A DNA stretch of 64,000 nt. Source: Phoronis australis (Eukaryota; Animalia; Phoronida). Shown piece by piece: positions 1-12,700 of this stretch. Made by a program: the position numbers and the translations under genes. The notes beneath the pieces are model-generated. The model worked only from the letters and a program-made list of their open reading frames with translations. It made no database searches and had not been told where the DNA came from. The DNA lies in contig NMRA01000567.1 in NCBI GenBank assembly GCA_002633005.1, forward strand, positions 130,954 to 194,953, given 5' to 3'. Positions within the stretch are counted from its first letter, which is position 1. Each line of letters starts with the position of its first letter.

Positions 1-597
1 AGCATTTTATGTGACATTACTGTGCCTGGTTGCTGATTGGTTGTGAGTTTGCAAGGTGAGCTTATTGCACTTTTGGCAAAGTGCGTAGAGCATCTGCTGT
101 CCAGATTTTGTCAAGATTGGTTTGTGAATGAAAAGAAATGAACGTTTTGTCATGGTTCAGTGCATTGAAACTTGCTGAATTTTGGCAGTGTTCAGTTTAT
201 TTTGAAAACTATTATAATAATGCAACATTAATGCTAATTTTCGCCTGTTATAATTATTTTTCATTACTACCAGTTAACTTGATTAGACAAGATTTAAGAC
301 AATTGTGAAAATAAAAACAAAAGGTTAATTATTCTTGTAAGATGTTGTGTTGTAAATATAAGGACAGCCAAATTCAAGTGAAAGCAAGTGAGGTTTCATG
401 TTTCACTTGAAATACAAAGTGATATCTTAGGAAGACTTGCATGGTCTCACCAAGCTCGCAAGAAACAAGCCTTATGAAGTTGCCCCTCACATGTCCTATA
501 ACTTCAAAGTTTTGAGGAACAAACTGAGAGTAAAAAGTCACTCTTATGATATAAAAGTATGGTTGCTTTACCCAATTCTTCATCTGTGTCCCCACAG

Positions 598-782
598 ACA
601 AATACCTGTGCCTGACGGCTGATCTCGTCGCTCCGGTTCTTTACCTGCTGACGGAGGCTGCTAACGAACCCAGTATGAAGGACTGGCTGGGTGAACCCGA
701 GGGTCACGTCTTCTGGTCACCACTCCTCAATATGTTGTGCAATACACCAGTGCCAGCGCAGACGGCACCAATGAAGATCAAG
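598..782 (+). CDS. BIRC6: BIRC6 internal exon ([15 protein letters not shown]...PMKIK)
   Basis: cccacag| acceptor, AAG|gtaatt donor; matches BIRC6 ADLVAPIL/MKDWLG segment. Confidence 0.9.
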
Positions 783-3700
783 GTAATTGTTTTGATACTA
801 AATGGACCATGTGTCACCTATACACGGCTGCTAACTCTTATACCCTCTACCCTGGTCGTAGATGATTTGCTAGCCTTCCCTTGGACTGGAAATTCATGTC
901 AGTTATTAGCTTGGCTAATGTACTTCCCCATTTCCATCAGTTACAAAAAATTTGCTGGAAGCAACATGGTTTCAGAAAGCACCAATCCAATACTTAGTTA
1001 ATTGCTGGATTTTGGATTTGAGTTTGGAATTATTTGATAGCATGCATATATGGTGAGGTGTTCAATTCAATTTTTTCATTTCACAAGAGTTATTCGTGCG
1101 TCCATTTTTAGGTTCCTACAAATGAGAACATGACTGACTTTGATTTCCAGATGGGTCTATGTACTGTGGTGCCCCTACTGGCTTTTTTGCATCTGTTGCT
1201 GTATCTCTTATATCTTTGCATGATCTGTGGGAACTTTGACAAGTGTTCTGTAATTTGATGGACAGATCCGAATACCGCTGTGCCTCCTAGTGGCAGTTCA
1301 ATTTTTTTCATTTCCCAAATGTATCGTTGGAGTTCATTGATAGATTTTTATGAACTCTGGCATTCCGCAAATAGATTTATGTTGGGGAATTGATGACACC
1401 TTTCGTTTTTGGACGGGCTTGACAAATTCTGTGCCATTAAATGGCCAGTTTTTATGCGCCCACATATCTATATGTTGACGCATTATGCCGTCATCTCCGT
1501 CCGTCCGGGCGGCGTCCGTCCGACGTCCGCTGCTCTATCTCCAAAACCCTTTGACATACGTTCATGAAATTTGGCACATATGTTCCATTGATGAATGGGA
1601 CGGCATGAGCGAACTTTCGGACGGATCCGACTACTGGTGTGTCCCCTAGTGGCAATTTTAGTTTTTTACGCTTACCTTTTGTATCTTCAAAAGTCCTGAT
1701 CGGATTTTCATGAAATTTGGTATGTAGGCACCTATTAGTGAGATGGCAATATCCTCCCAGCTTCGTTAGCGCCACCTAGTGGCCATTTTTACTGTTTTTG
1801 AGTCTGTTTTTTGCGTCCACCCCTCTATCAACCAAACCGCTCAAAGGATGATTGTGAAAATTGGCCTGTATGTGCTTACTATGAAGAGTACGGTTGACGA
1901 TGATTTTCTGACGATTTTGACTACTGTGGCGCCTCCTAGTGGCAGTTTTGTTTTTTGCGCCTATGGCTGTATCTCTTAAACCGTTCGCAGGATCTTTACT
2001 TAATTTAGCAAGTGTATTTATATGATGTTGACTACGGATGATGACAACTTTCGTACAGATCTGACTACTGCTGTGCCTCCTAGTGGCAATTTTAGTTTTT
2101 TACGTTTAACTCAGTATCATCAAAGGTCCTCATAAAATTTTAAGTATAGACATCTATTGGTGTGATGACGCTATCTTCCTGTTTTTGGATGGAATCGAGG
2201 TATTTTGCACCACCTAGTGGCCATTTTTGCTGTTTTCAAATCTTGTTTTTGGTGTCCACCCCCAAATCATTTGAAAATTGGCATATATGTTCTCAGTGTG
2301 AAGACGACCTTTGATTATGGTGACTGACTACTGTGTCACCTCCTAGTGGTAGTTTTGTTTTGCGCCCATAGTTGTATCTCGTAAACCCACTTCAAGATCT
2401 TTACTAAATTTAGTTAGTGTGTTTATATGAAGATAACAACAGACGGCGATGACTTTCAGGCGGATCCAACGGACACTGTGCCCACTAGTGGCAATTTCAT
2501 TTTATTCTGTTTTGCTTTCAAATTGTTTCTCTGAAGTTCCTCGACAGAATTTTATGAAATATGGCATGTTCCTGTTTTTGGATGGATTGTATGTTTTTAC
2601 GCCATCTAGTGGCCATTTTTATGATACAAATAAATCACCCTAAAAGCGCACCATTTTCAATGCATTCGTGGGCGCATTTCAATGCTCCACGTTGCTCTTG
2701 TATGATACTAAGAAACACCGTCCCCTAGAAGCTTACCCTTTGCAGTGTAGTCTTGGGCACATATTAACGCTCTGCATTGCTCTCAACAAAACTGTGACAC
2801 AATATAGATATCTCATTTAATATCATCTCTGCCATTCTCACCTCATTTTTGCGTACATGTTGTCACTTATACCATTCAGGTCATGTCTGACAGCCAGAGG
2901 GCAGCAGTGGAGGCAGCAGCAGTCACATTTTTCCGCCAGGTGGTGGCCAGTCATTCGACCAATCAGCTTCTCTTTGCTCAGGTGTTGTGTGACGTCATCC
3001 GAGGTCAAGACGGGGGTAAGTGTAATGGGGCTTGTTAGCGCGAGTTGGTTGGCAGATGAAGAAAATTTATGTACTCTAATTCCCTGTGAAATAAAATTGT
3101 TTCATGTCGCATCTGAATTGGTTAATTTTTTTTGTGATCTTTCAAAACGTGCCAGTGATCACTCGATAGAGTTCAGCATTCCAGGGTGCCACATTTCACT
3201 TTTCACATGCATAGTTGTTTGTGAACATAGTGTGACGTGCTTTAGTGTGATATTTAATCTTAGCGAGTCACATCTGTTTGCTCTCGAAGGTTTTTCCAAA
3301 GAACCCATGCCCCACAATTCATTTTGCAGACATAAGCAGTTGCATAAGACAGGTTCATATGGATTACTAGGTGATCTGAATGAGGGAAGGGTTACCTTCT
3401 ACAGACAGAAAAGAATACAGAAAGTTTTTTAGCTGCCATTTGTGATCACCTGAAAGTTGTGTTCTTACCCCAAGTGTCATGTGATAAATCCGAACTGCTC
3501 TACTGACATTGAATCATCATTTCCATCTCCCTTTAGGTAATCACTCACCTCTGTCTGGCTTCACGCGACGCGTCTTCCTGCAAGTTCTGCTCGAGGATGA
3601 AAAGGTGGCGCTAGTGTTCAGCTCAACCTCTGACCTCTTCAAAGACCAGAGCACAACCTCTCACCGTATCTCCTTGCACCCACGCTATGGCGCTGGGCAC

Positions 3701-6700
3701 AACTATCGCGTACAATCTCTCAGTCTGCAGACAACGTGTGGCGAAGTAGTCGCTAAGTTAGCTGGTGAGTTGATACATTTGTAGTGTGGTTTATAATTAA
3801 TGTGTCAAAGCTACATTGAATGCCAAGTTCTAAGCAGTTTATTTAGCCAAAAATAACACCTATGAGCTCCATTTCAAACACGGGAACATAACACAGAAAC
3901 CAAGAAGACAGTGTTAATTTGCCTTTGTGACCCATCTCAAAATTGAATCATAGCGACTAACCTCTCTATTGAGTTAAACAGGATGTCTTTAATAGTCTAA
4001 TTCCCAAAGCAACACGCATTACAGTATAACTTGGAACTGTGCTTCACTCCATTAAGTGGCCTACAAGCAATCAACAGGCCAAGAAACACATCAGAATTTC
4101 GTTGATTTTATTGGGGCTTGGCAAACCCAGAAATTAGAAAATGGTGGCATGCAAGGACTTCCATTCAAAAGTAGGTCAGTCATGTGACACAGCAATGACC
4201 ATTTTCCACAAGTACATCATAGATGAGCTGTTTGTTTTGGCTCTTAGTAAGAGCTTGAAATGTAGTATTAAATTAAAGTAAAGTGACAGCTGAACAGTGT
4301 GAAATGCACCTTTAAATGTGGGGTAACTGCAGATAACTAGTACCACCATAGGTGGCGTGTGTGTTGAATGTGTTTTACAGGAGACTTGAGATAACAAGAT
4401 TAACTGTAACAGTTGTGATTATACAAAACTGGTTGTCCCTTTACTGAGTGGACTCAATTGTCTTCCCTATCTTGTTTTTTTGCTGTTTACCTTCGGTGAC
4501 AAATATAATTTAAAACAATGTGACAGATTTAATTTTACTGATTTGACAATTCGCTTGTATATAGGTTGTGTGTGTGATCATCTCAAAATGATGAAAAACG
4601 ACTGTCCTTTGAATATTACTGGCTATGTGTTGTTTGATGCGCAACAAGTTGTGGGATTAAAATTATCAATACCGTGCTTTCTTGTAACGTTTAATTAACA
4701 CTTGTTGCTGGCCTGTAATCCTTAGTGAGATATTACAGTGTTCAACTTTCTCCACTTGCAGACAAGCCAAGCTTTGTGAAGGAGAGCGGTAACGGCACAA
4801 CTACCAAAGGTGAGACTAAGAGCTTGGCAAAGGACACCAACGAGATTGGACTGGAGATGGTGGATCTACTGTCTGCTGCAGCAGGATACCAAGCCAAAGA
4901 GAAGCGAGACAAGGATAAGGCAAACAAGAGCTCAGCGTTGGCCAAGAAGGGCAAGACTAATGACATGACCTTACTTAAGGTCAACTTGCCGGTGCTGTGC
5001 GTGTACCATCACTTACTGCAAGGTTAGTGACTTAAGTCTGTTTCTTGCCAGTTTGGTTGTAAGGTTGTGGCTTAGTGGAAGCAAGTATGGGCTATGGCAA
5101 ATCACTGCTGTCCCACTTGAGCGTGGTATATCTAGTGTTGTGATAATACATAGCTGCCGGTTTATGTTCTGTCATTTTTTTACACCTCTCTTATATCAAC
5201 GGAATCACTGTGACTGTCCTATTAATTTCAAGGTGTTCAGTGTTAACACACCTTGCCTGAGTCTGCTAACTGGTGCATCCATTAACCCTACTGCACTGTC
5301 CTCGTCTGAAAATGGGTAAAAACTTATGTTTGTTCTGAAATGTTTTTACCATGTTGATTGTAAAAATCCATGTGACCTTTTTAGTTGCCCCCCCCCCTCA
5401 GTTTTCTGGTATTGCTTGAGTAGGCAATCTGTCCCCCTTTCGAATACCTTACTAAAGTTTGAAAATAGTCTTCAATATCTGTTATTAACCAGCTCCAACA
5501 TGTTTAAATGGATTCCCACTTAATCGTGCTTGTTGATTGGTTGTCTACTCAATAGGTCAAGCCTTGCCAAGCAAGCTGACTCTGTCTCAACTGCTGGTCA
5601 TGCTGCACAGTCGAGGTATACCACACGGACAGACTATCTTCCACGTCACTGTGGCTCCCAAGTCAAAGAAGCGAAAGAAGGACAAAACACGTAAGTGTCC
5701 AGCATAAATAAAGTTTTAGTACACAGGCATTGATACCTCTGGCCTCTAATTGGCTTGAATGCGGTATGATAACATTTGGTGATGTTGACCAGCAAGCTGT
5801 AGAATATCACTTGTCATTCTTGCCTCCCAGATGTCAGATGTGATGTCGTAACAAAACTATCTCTGGTCCACAATTGTATGTATCTCAGGAGAGCAATGAT
5901 AATATTATAGGAGTCAAAAATGTTTCAGAGGTATGTACATTGCTTATTAAGTTGATAATATTATGAGTCAAAAATGTTTCAGAGGTAAAGTCGTGTTAGT
6001 CAAGTCATAGCAGTCACAATATATCATCAACAGGCGATAAATCCTATTATACTGCAGGACATACCAGCGTGTCTTATTTCTAACAGTGATCTCTATGAGC
6101 ATCAATTCTAATTCAATATGTTGTCATGTCAGTCACCCGTTAGACCTATTCATTAGCCAGAGACAAACATTGGGTTTAAGCGGTTTTTCACATTACCATA
6201 ACTTTATTACTCAGTTAACTGTGACTAATGCAAATATTGCTGTTCTTGATTCATCAGAACTAGATCTCATTTGAATTTTCTTTTTGTCCATCTTTCAGCT
6301 CTGTTTGTGGACAGCGAGTGGCGCGACCCCTCTGTTCCTGATCTCCTTGATGACGACCTCCCTGCTGAATTGCTACTGGAGACGCCAGCCTTCCAGTCAC
6401 CACTTCAGGTGTTTGCCAGCATTGGTGGTCTGTCACTGCTGGCAGAGCACCTGCCCCTGCTCTATCCAGAGATCACACGCCAAGCTGGGCCTACAGAGGG
6501 CACTACAGACAATGGACCATCGCATCCAATGCCCGACTGGGTAACCGTAGAATCTGCTGAAGACATCTATGATGTAAGTTGTGCATCAGGATACATTTGA
6601 CGTGAGGTCATTCTCAACATGCTTTCTTTGTGAACTGATGTTATCATGATGTTGTTATTGCAATGAAAATTTGTGTGTTCCTGCTATAAATAGGGACCGA

Positions 6701-9700
6701 CTTATTTTGTGGTATTATGTTGACCACATGTTATGTTGAGTAGTGTCTATTTCTTTGGAAAGAGAACTAAAAAGTTCACTAGGTGTGGTATATTAAGCAA
6801 GGGCTTTCCCTTAGAAATATCAGCATTCAGGTAAATCATTTGGGTCACTTATCAGGTGAACATCCCCATGCTGATAACTTGCTTTCTGCTCTCGATCTAT
6901 TAAGATGTCAAAAGAGGGAGCTTCATTTATTGGCAACACTCAGTGAATATCGAGTCGTCATTGTTTTGAGCTAGGTAGAGTTCTGTTGACACAAGAACCT
7001 TGGTAAAGAGACTAGCATGATCGCTTCTTTCACTTGTGATACGATAATGTGCTTTTCTCTCAAGACACTAGGTCTACTGTGGTCAGTTGCATGAAACAGT
7101 CCTAAATAGGGACTCAACTAAGTTCCCTAAAACCTAAGGCGTATTTTTGAACTTGTGAACACATCAATTACCCTTTCTTGTATTGTTTAGTTTCATTACT
7201 AGGTCAACTTTTGACTTTGGTACAAGTCGAGAGTGAACTCTACGTTGAATTGTCAATATTATCAAAAATAATTAGGGATCTTTTCATGCAACACCCAAAA
7301 TTTAAGGGCTGAGTCCCTATTTATTTTTTATGAGCTCTGGGCTCAGTTTTTAGTTATATTTTTAGAAAATGTCATTAATAAAAGAGGAGCTCATTAAGGA
7401 TGAAATGATTGTAAAAATATTGCGTTTGTGATTCCATAAAGACGCAAATACACAGAAAGACTTAGGGACCTTAGTTGAGTCCCTATTCATACAACCGGCC
7501 ACAGAACTCACATATGTTTATTGCTTTACTCATTGTGTCTCACATACAGAAAATGCTCCACCATCTTAATGGTTAATGTGAAATGCCTGCAAACATACCT
7601 AGTTACCATTGAGTAATTAATGCAAATGGTTTCGTTGTCACAGGATCCAGAGGATGTGATAATACCAAGCTCAGGTTCTCAGGCACGCCGTTCTGCGCCC
7701 GCTGTCATGCCTAGCATCCCACCCCACTCACTCGTCGCGTTCGGCCTGCTGCTGAGACTGCCTGGTTATGCTGAGGTGCTGTTGAAGGAGAGGAGGAAAG
7801 CACAGTGTCTACTGCGACTGGTGCTGGGTGTAACAGATGATGGAGACGGAGGTATGTTGATACTGCCATGAAGGCATTGTACAGTTCTTCACGTATTTAG
7901 CACACAATGTGACTCACAATTAGTGAAATTCTGTTTTGTCAAATTTTTCCACAAGCGAAGATATTAAGAATATTTTAGTGTATAATCAACATAGTTTATA
8001 CTGTGTTGGTGTCATAAAACAGCATTTGGTGAAGTTTGCACTATTTACAGCAAAATAATCAGTCTTTGAATAATAGAAAAATGACAACTTTGGCGAAATA
8101 GTGGAGAATCAACGTTACTTTGTAGTGACATGTTCTGTGTTTGTACTGTGTGGAACAGTTGACAGGGTGGAGATATTTCCACATATAGGAAATATATGGT
8201 GGCAAACTTACCATTCAAAACTGATTAATAGACAGTATACTCTTTAGTGTTTGGTGTTGGATGAAGTAGGATGATAGTGATGGAGATGCAGGTCCAGGTG
8301 TATGACAATGGACATTGCGATAATATCATCAAGAGATTTGCAGTCTTTGCAGCACCCGAAGTCCGTTGCGACTGGTCCAGGCTGATAGCGAGAGTTGTAG
8401 CTCAGTTCAGTGTCTTCAAAATTCTTTTTTCAAAGTTTACTAGAAGTGGTTGACGGAAGGCCACCTGCTGTGCAAAATGTTATGGAACATTCAACAACTG
8501 CGAAGTGTTTTACTTCTATCAGCTTAAAGGCATCTCTGTAGTGAAGCTCCATGGATTTGAGACAAGAAATGGATGTATTCAAAGGCAGAAATTTGACCCA
8601 GTTGAGTTCTATCATTGCAGGTCACATCCTGACATCACCCATTGCCAGCTCATTGCCCGCCCTGCCGTTCCATGTTCTGCGCTCTCTCCTTGACTCCGCC
8701 CCTCTCACAACTGATGATGGGGTACTGTTGAGACGTATGATGCTGGAGATTGGGGCTCTACACCTGTTACTAGCCTGCCTGTCTGTGCTGAGTCACCATG
8801 CCCCCAGAGTCCCTATACCTGGCTTTCATCAAGAGGTAGGCTGATTTTCAGACTGGGATTGCCAAAGAGGAAATGTCATTGTTAGTAGTGTCTCACACTT
8901 TCTACTGTTAGTACTCATTCTGAGGGTGGCAAATCACTACCATGGTGGAGTATTAACATTTCCAAAAAGAAGTTCTTGACTAGCTTCTTCGATGTTACAT
9001 TCATTGAAAGGTTTGAGCAACACCAGACAAATCAGAAAATCATGTTAAGATAAGTTGAAAACATTTGCTCAAAAACTTTGCCAATTAGTTAAGAGAAGAT
9101 TTGGTCAGTTTGTTTATTTCGTACAATTTTGATTAATTTGTAGGTGACAATGCTGAAACATTCATATTAAAAACTGACTTGATATTGTATGCAGGAAATA
9201 TGGCGGTCACGAGGTATCACCTGTTGTGATATGATGGTACAACTTACAAACAATGACCTACATTTGATAACCAACGTATTGCAGATAATATTAGCAGCCA
9301 CCCAGGCCTCAACAACCACAGGTGGCAATAACACAGCACCGTCAGGCAGCGCCACTGATGAGCGCGGCCAGCACTACTGGGCTAAGGGAACAGGGTTTGG
9401 CACCGGTTCAACCACATCCAGCTGGGATGCACACCAAGCTCTCCTGCGTCAGAAGAGTGAGGAAGAACATGTCACATGTTTGCTACAGGTGCTGGCCAGC
9501 TATATCAACCCGGGCGGACACATGCCCAAGGACTTTGAGTCACCGACCTACCACGAAGTTGGGTCCGAGGCCACGGCCTTGCCAGAGGTTGTACCAGAAC
9601 TGTTGAGTCAGTCTTGTCTGATACCTTCAATCTCTTCCTATCTTAGAAATGATTCAGGTAAGCCATTCACTATTATTTTTGATAACAGAGACTTGAAAAC

Positions 9701-12700
9701 CATCATGTGTGATGTTTTATGGTGTTGTGTGACTAAATTGCAACACACAGGGTGTAGCTACCTGTTCAAAAACATGTTCATCAAGGTGAACAAAGCCTTG
9801 AGCTACATTTTGCTGAAAACTGAAATTAATTTATTTTTTAGCAACTGATTCTCTCTTCTGAGGGTCTTGTTATAACCATTGTAATCAAATTGTGATATAG
9901 ACTTAATATTTTCAATGTTGTGCAACTATCAAATGTAGCCAGCCAGGCTGTAATTCCACCCTGGAAAGGCCAAATTTTTATCCATCATTTTGCTCTTGAT
10001 TATTGCATGTCAAAACCTGGTTCATTGTAATTGTCCTGTGTGTGGTGGCATTGTAAGTTGTTATTCAGTTATTATGTGCCTTTGTTCTGTCCTTGACTTT
10101 TGACTAAGAACTTAATGCAATTGCTACCAAATAATCAATCTGTTTCACTTTAGTGCTGGACATGGCGCGTCACGTGCCCCTCTACCGGGCCTTGCTGGAG
10201 CTCCTGAGGGGTGTGGCCGCCTGCCACTCCCTCACTCATCTGCTCCTTCCCCTCGACCGAGACGCCAAGGACACCTCAACTTCAGTCAGTGGTCTCTTGG
10301 AGAAGATGAAGCAGTGTGTGGACACATATGCCAACAGGCTGAAGTAGGTCGCCATTTAGGCTAAGAATTTATTCATTTGGCTCTTGTCTGGGCGCATGTC
10401 AAAATATGTTTTTAAGGTTACGTAGGACCTTAGAAACATATCCAAATTTGGCTAACTTCGGACCATTATGTCTCAAAAAATGCCAATCAGATTTGTATGA
10501 AACTTTCAGATTCTCTTCTGTGTACACTGTTCTGCTAAGTGAAAGTGTTCCACTTATGCGTGAGGGGCCATCTAAAATTATGAAGAAACTCAAAAATTGT
10601 ATATTAAGTAGAAAATAGATGATACTTTAGAAAATTGCCACAGCGGTTTGTGAGATTTCAACTCGAACATTTATATCTCAAATGAAATTTGGTCATATTG
10701 TGGAAGCTGTACTGTTTTGCTATCAATTTTACTGAAAAGAACGAATTAATTACAGATGGGTTAAATGTCAAAAAACCAAATTCTACAGACTTTCTTCTTT
10801 CAGAAAAGATAACACTTTACAGACAGTTATCTATAACTTTGTACATTTTTGGATCAATACACAAACTTGTCAATAAGGTTTTATATAACATTTAACTGTT
10901 TTAGCTCACTCAAAAATTCTACCTGTGCATGCTTGTACAGAGACTTGAAGCTAGGACGTGTCGTCACACACTTTGGTTGTTGTAATGAAACATTGTAATG
11001 AGGCTTGTAGGAAGGATGTATCGTCTGCAAACACACACTGATTGTTGAAGAAATACTCTTTCTACAATTCATTGTGCAGACGACTTCTTGTCTCTCTATT
11101 TGTTAAAGGTCAATATTTTTGCATGATAAAACTGAACAAGTAATCGTTTATGGCAGGGGAGGTAAGAATGGTAAAAAGCCTGAAGATGAAGAGTCGGAAG
11201 GTTTGGCGCTGCTTATCCCGGACATCCAAGAGACGGCCAGAATAAGCCACGTAGCCACGGAGAGAATCAAGAAGGAGGAAGAAGGTAAAGTGACTGTTGA
11301 TTTCTCCAGCTGGCAATAGATGGAGGCTCTAGTGATTGTTTATGGTCTCAATGTGACCCTGCATGTAAACTAGACAGTGACCATAATTTTTGTTATTGTT
11401 GTGACTGTTTGGGGAAATTCCGTGATTTTAAAAACTGAAAATTTAGGGGTTTTTTTCTAGAAATAAGGAGTAACCCTTTGGCAAGTTTTGAAGCAAGTGG
11501 GAACAGGTTTAGAATTAATGTAAAAATGCTTATTTTCATAAAAATCTAATCCAGTGTAAAGAATACTCTGAATCAGTTTCGGTGGTGCATAGGTCTGATG
11601 TAAGTTAATATTGCATGAAATTATGGAAATGGCTCTGATATGGAAACTACCCTTTGTTCACATTTTTTGTTACCTTAACCAACCGTATATTTTTAGTGTC
11701 TTCAAGTCTTAAGACACTGCTAAATTATGGACATTGTGTCATAAATGCTAAGTACTTTAAGTATGTGTTGAGAGCAATGGGTTGTATGCTCATGTTTCTG
11801 TTCATTTTGTGACAGTCTACAGTTGGGGTGTTGCAAATCTGTTTGGATCATATAGGTTGTTTGGCATGTTCAATGACATTATCGGCTACAATGCTGTGTA
11901 TATGAGATCATCCCCAACTCAAATTCAAACCCACAACGTCAGCTTTTACAGTCCAATGCTTTGCTAGTAGGGCTTAAAGTCAACGTGACAAGCACCAGCT
12001 ATTTTAGGCTTATTTAACTGATAAGGTTAATGGCCTTGTTTTCAGTAAATTCCTCTGAAAGACTGGAAGCCATTGTTGGGAATCGGCGATTTCTTACGAA
12101 ATAAAAAAGCAGCAGGTTTTGCTGTTTTATAACTAGTTAAAGTTGATAACTTAAAGAAGTTGTATTCACCCAACAATATCCCCAAAAATGCAATTTTCAA
12201 CCCTCAAACCAATTATATCCCTTTAACTACAGGACAGTTTTGAGTCGTCAGATTTTGATGAAAAGAATTTTCTATTTCTGCATGTATTAATGGTTTACCT
12301 TCATCAACTTTCAATGCTCTCCCACTGCTTAGGGTATTTGATAGTCACTGATTGTTGTCAGGGAGATATTTTTGAGCATGTGTTTATTTCTTGTTCTTTA
12401 CTTGGCCGTAGATCACCTAAGGCTAGAAGGCATGGAGAGAACCCTTGGCGCCACTGCTGAAAATCAAGTGAGCACGGATGAGAAGTACATGGAAGTGATG
12501 AAGGAAGAACAGTTTGGTGAGCACTCGCATCCCCGGGGTTAACAGTTATGCTGTATAGTGTTGTGTGTAGAGTTGGAATGATGCACTGTGAACGTGGGTG
12601 AAGCTTGTACCATCCTGAAGCTCTGTAGGCTTCTTTTATCAGGCTGTGACACCGCACCAGACAGTATGTTGGGTTTCAGTAGCCAAATGTTGTATAATCT

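Noticed and set aside
1620-2640. Regularly spaced conserved motif resembling a repeat-spacer array
   Set aside because: The intervening sequences are homologous to each other (diverged tandem units), not unique spacers
2857-3432. 191-aa ORF
   Set aside because: Wrong-frame read-through of BIRC6 exon 2880-3015 into intron; no recognisable domain
5898-5988. ~35-bp local direct duplication (similar ones near 36660 and 48393)
   Set aside because: Ordinary slippage or repair duplications with no further structure
8243-8320. Weak resemblance to the end of BIRC6 exon 7644-7851 ([13 protein letters not shown])
   Set aside because: Short, low-complexity GAT/GGT-rich match with an interrupted frame; cannot be distinguished from chance
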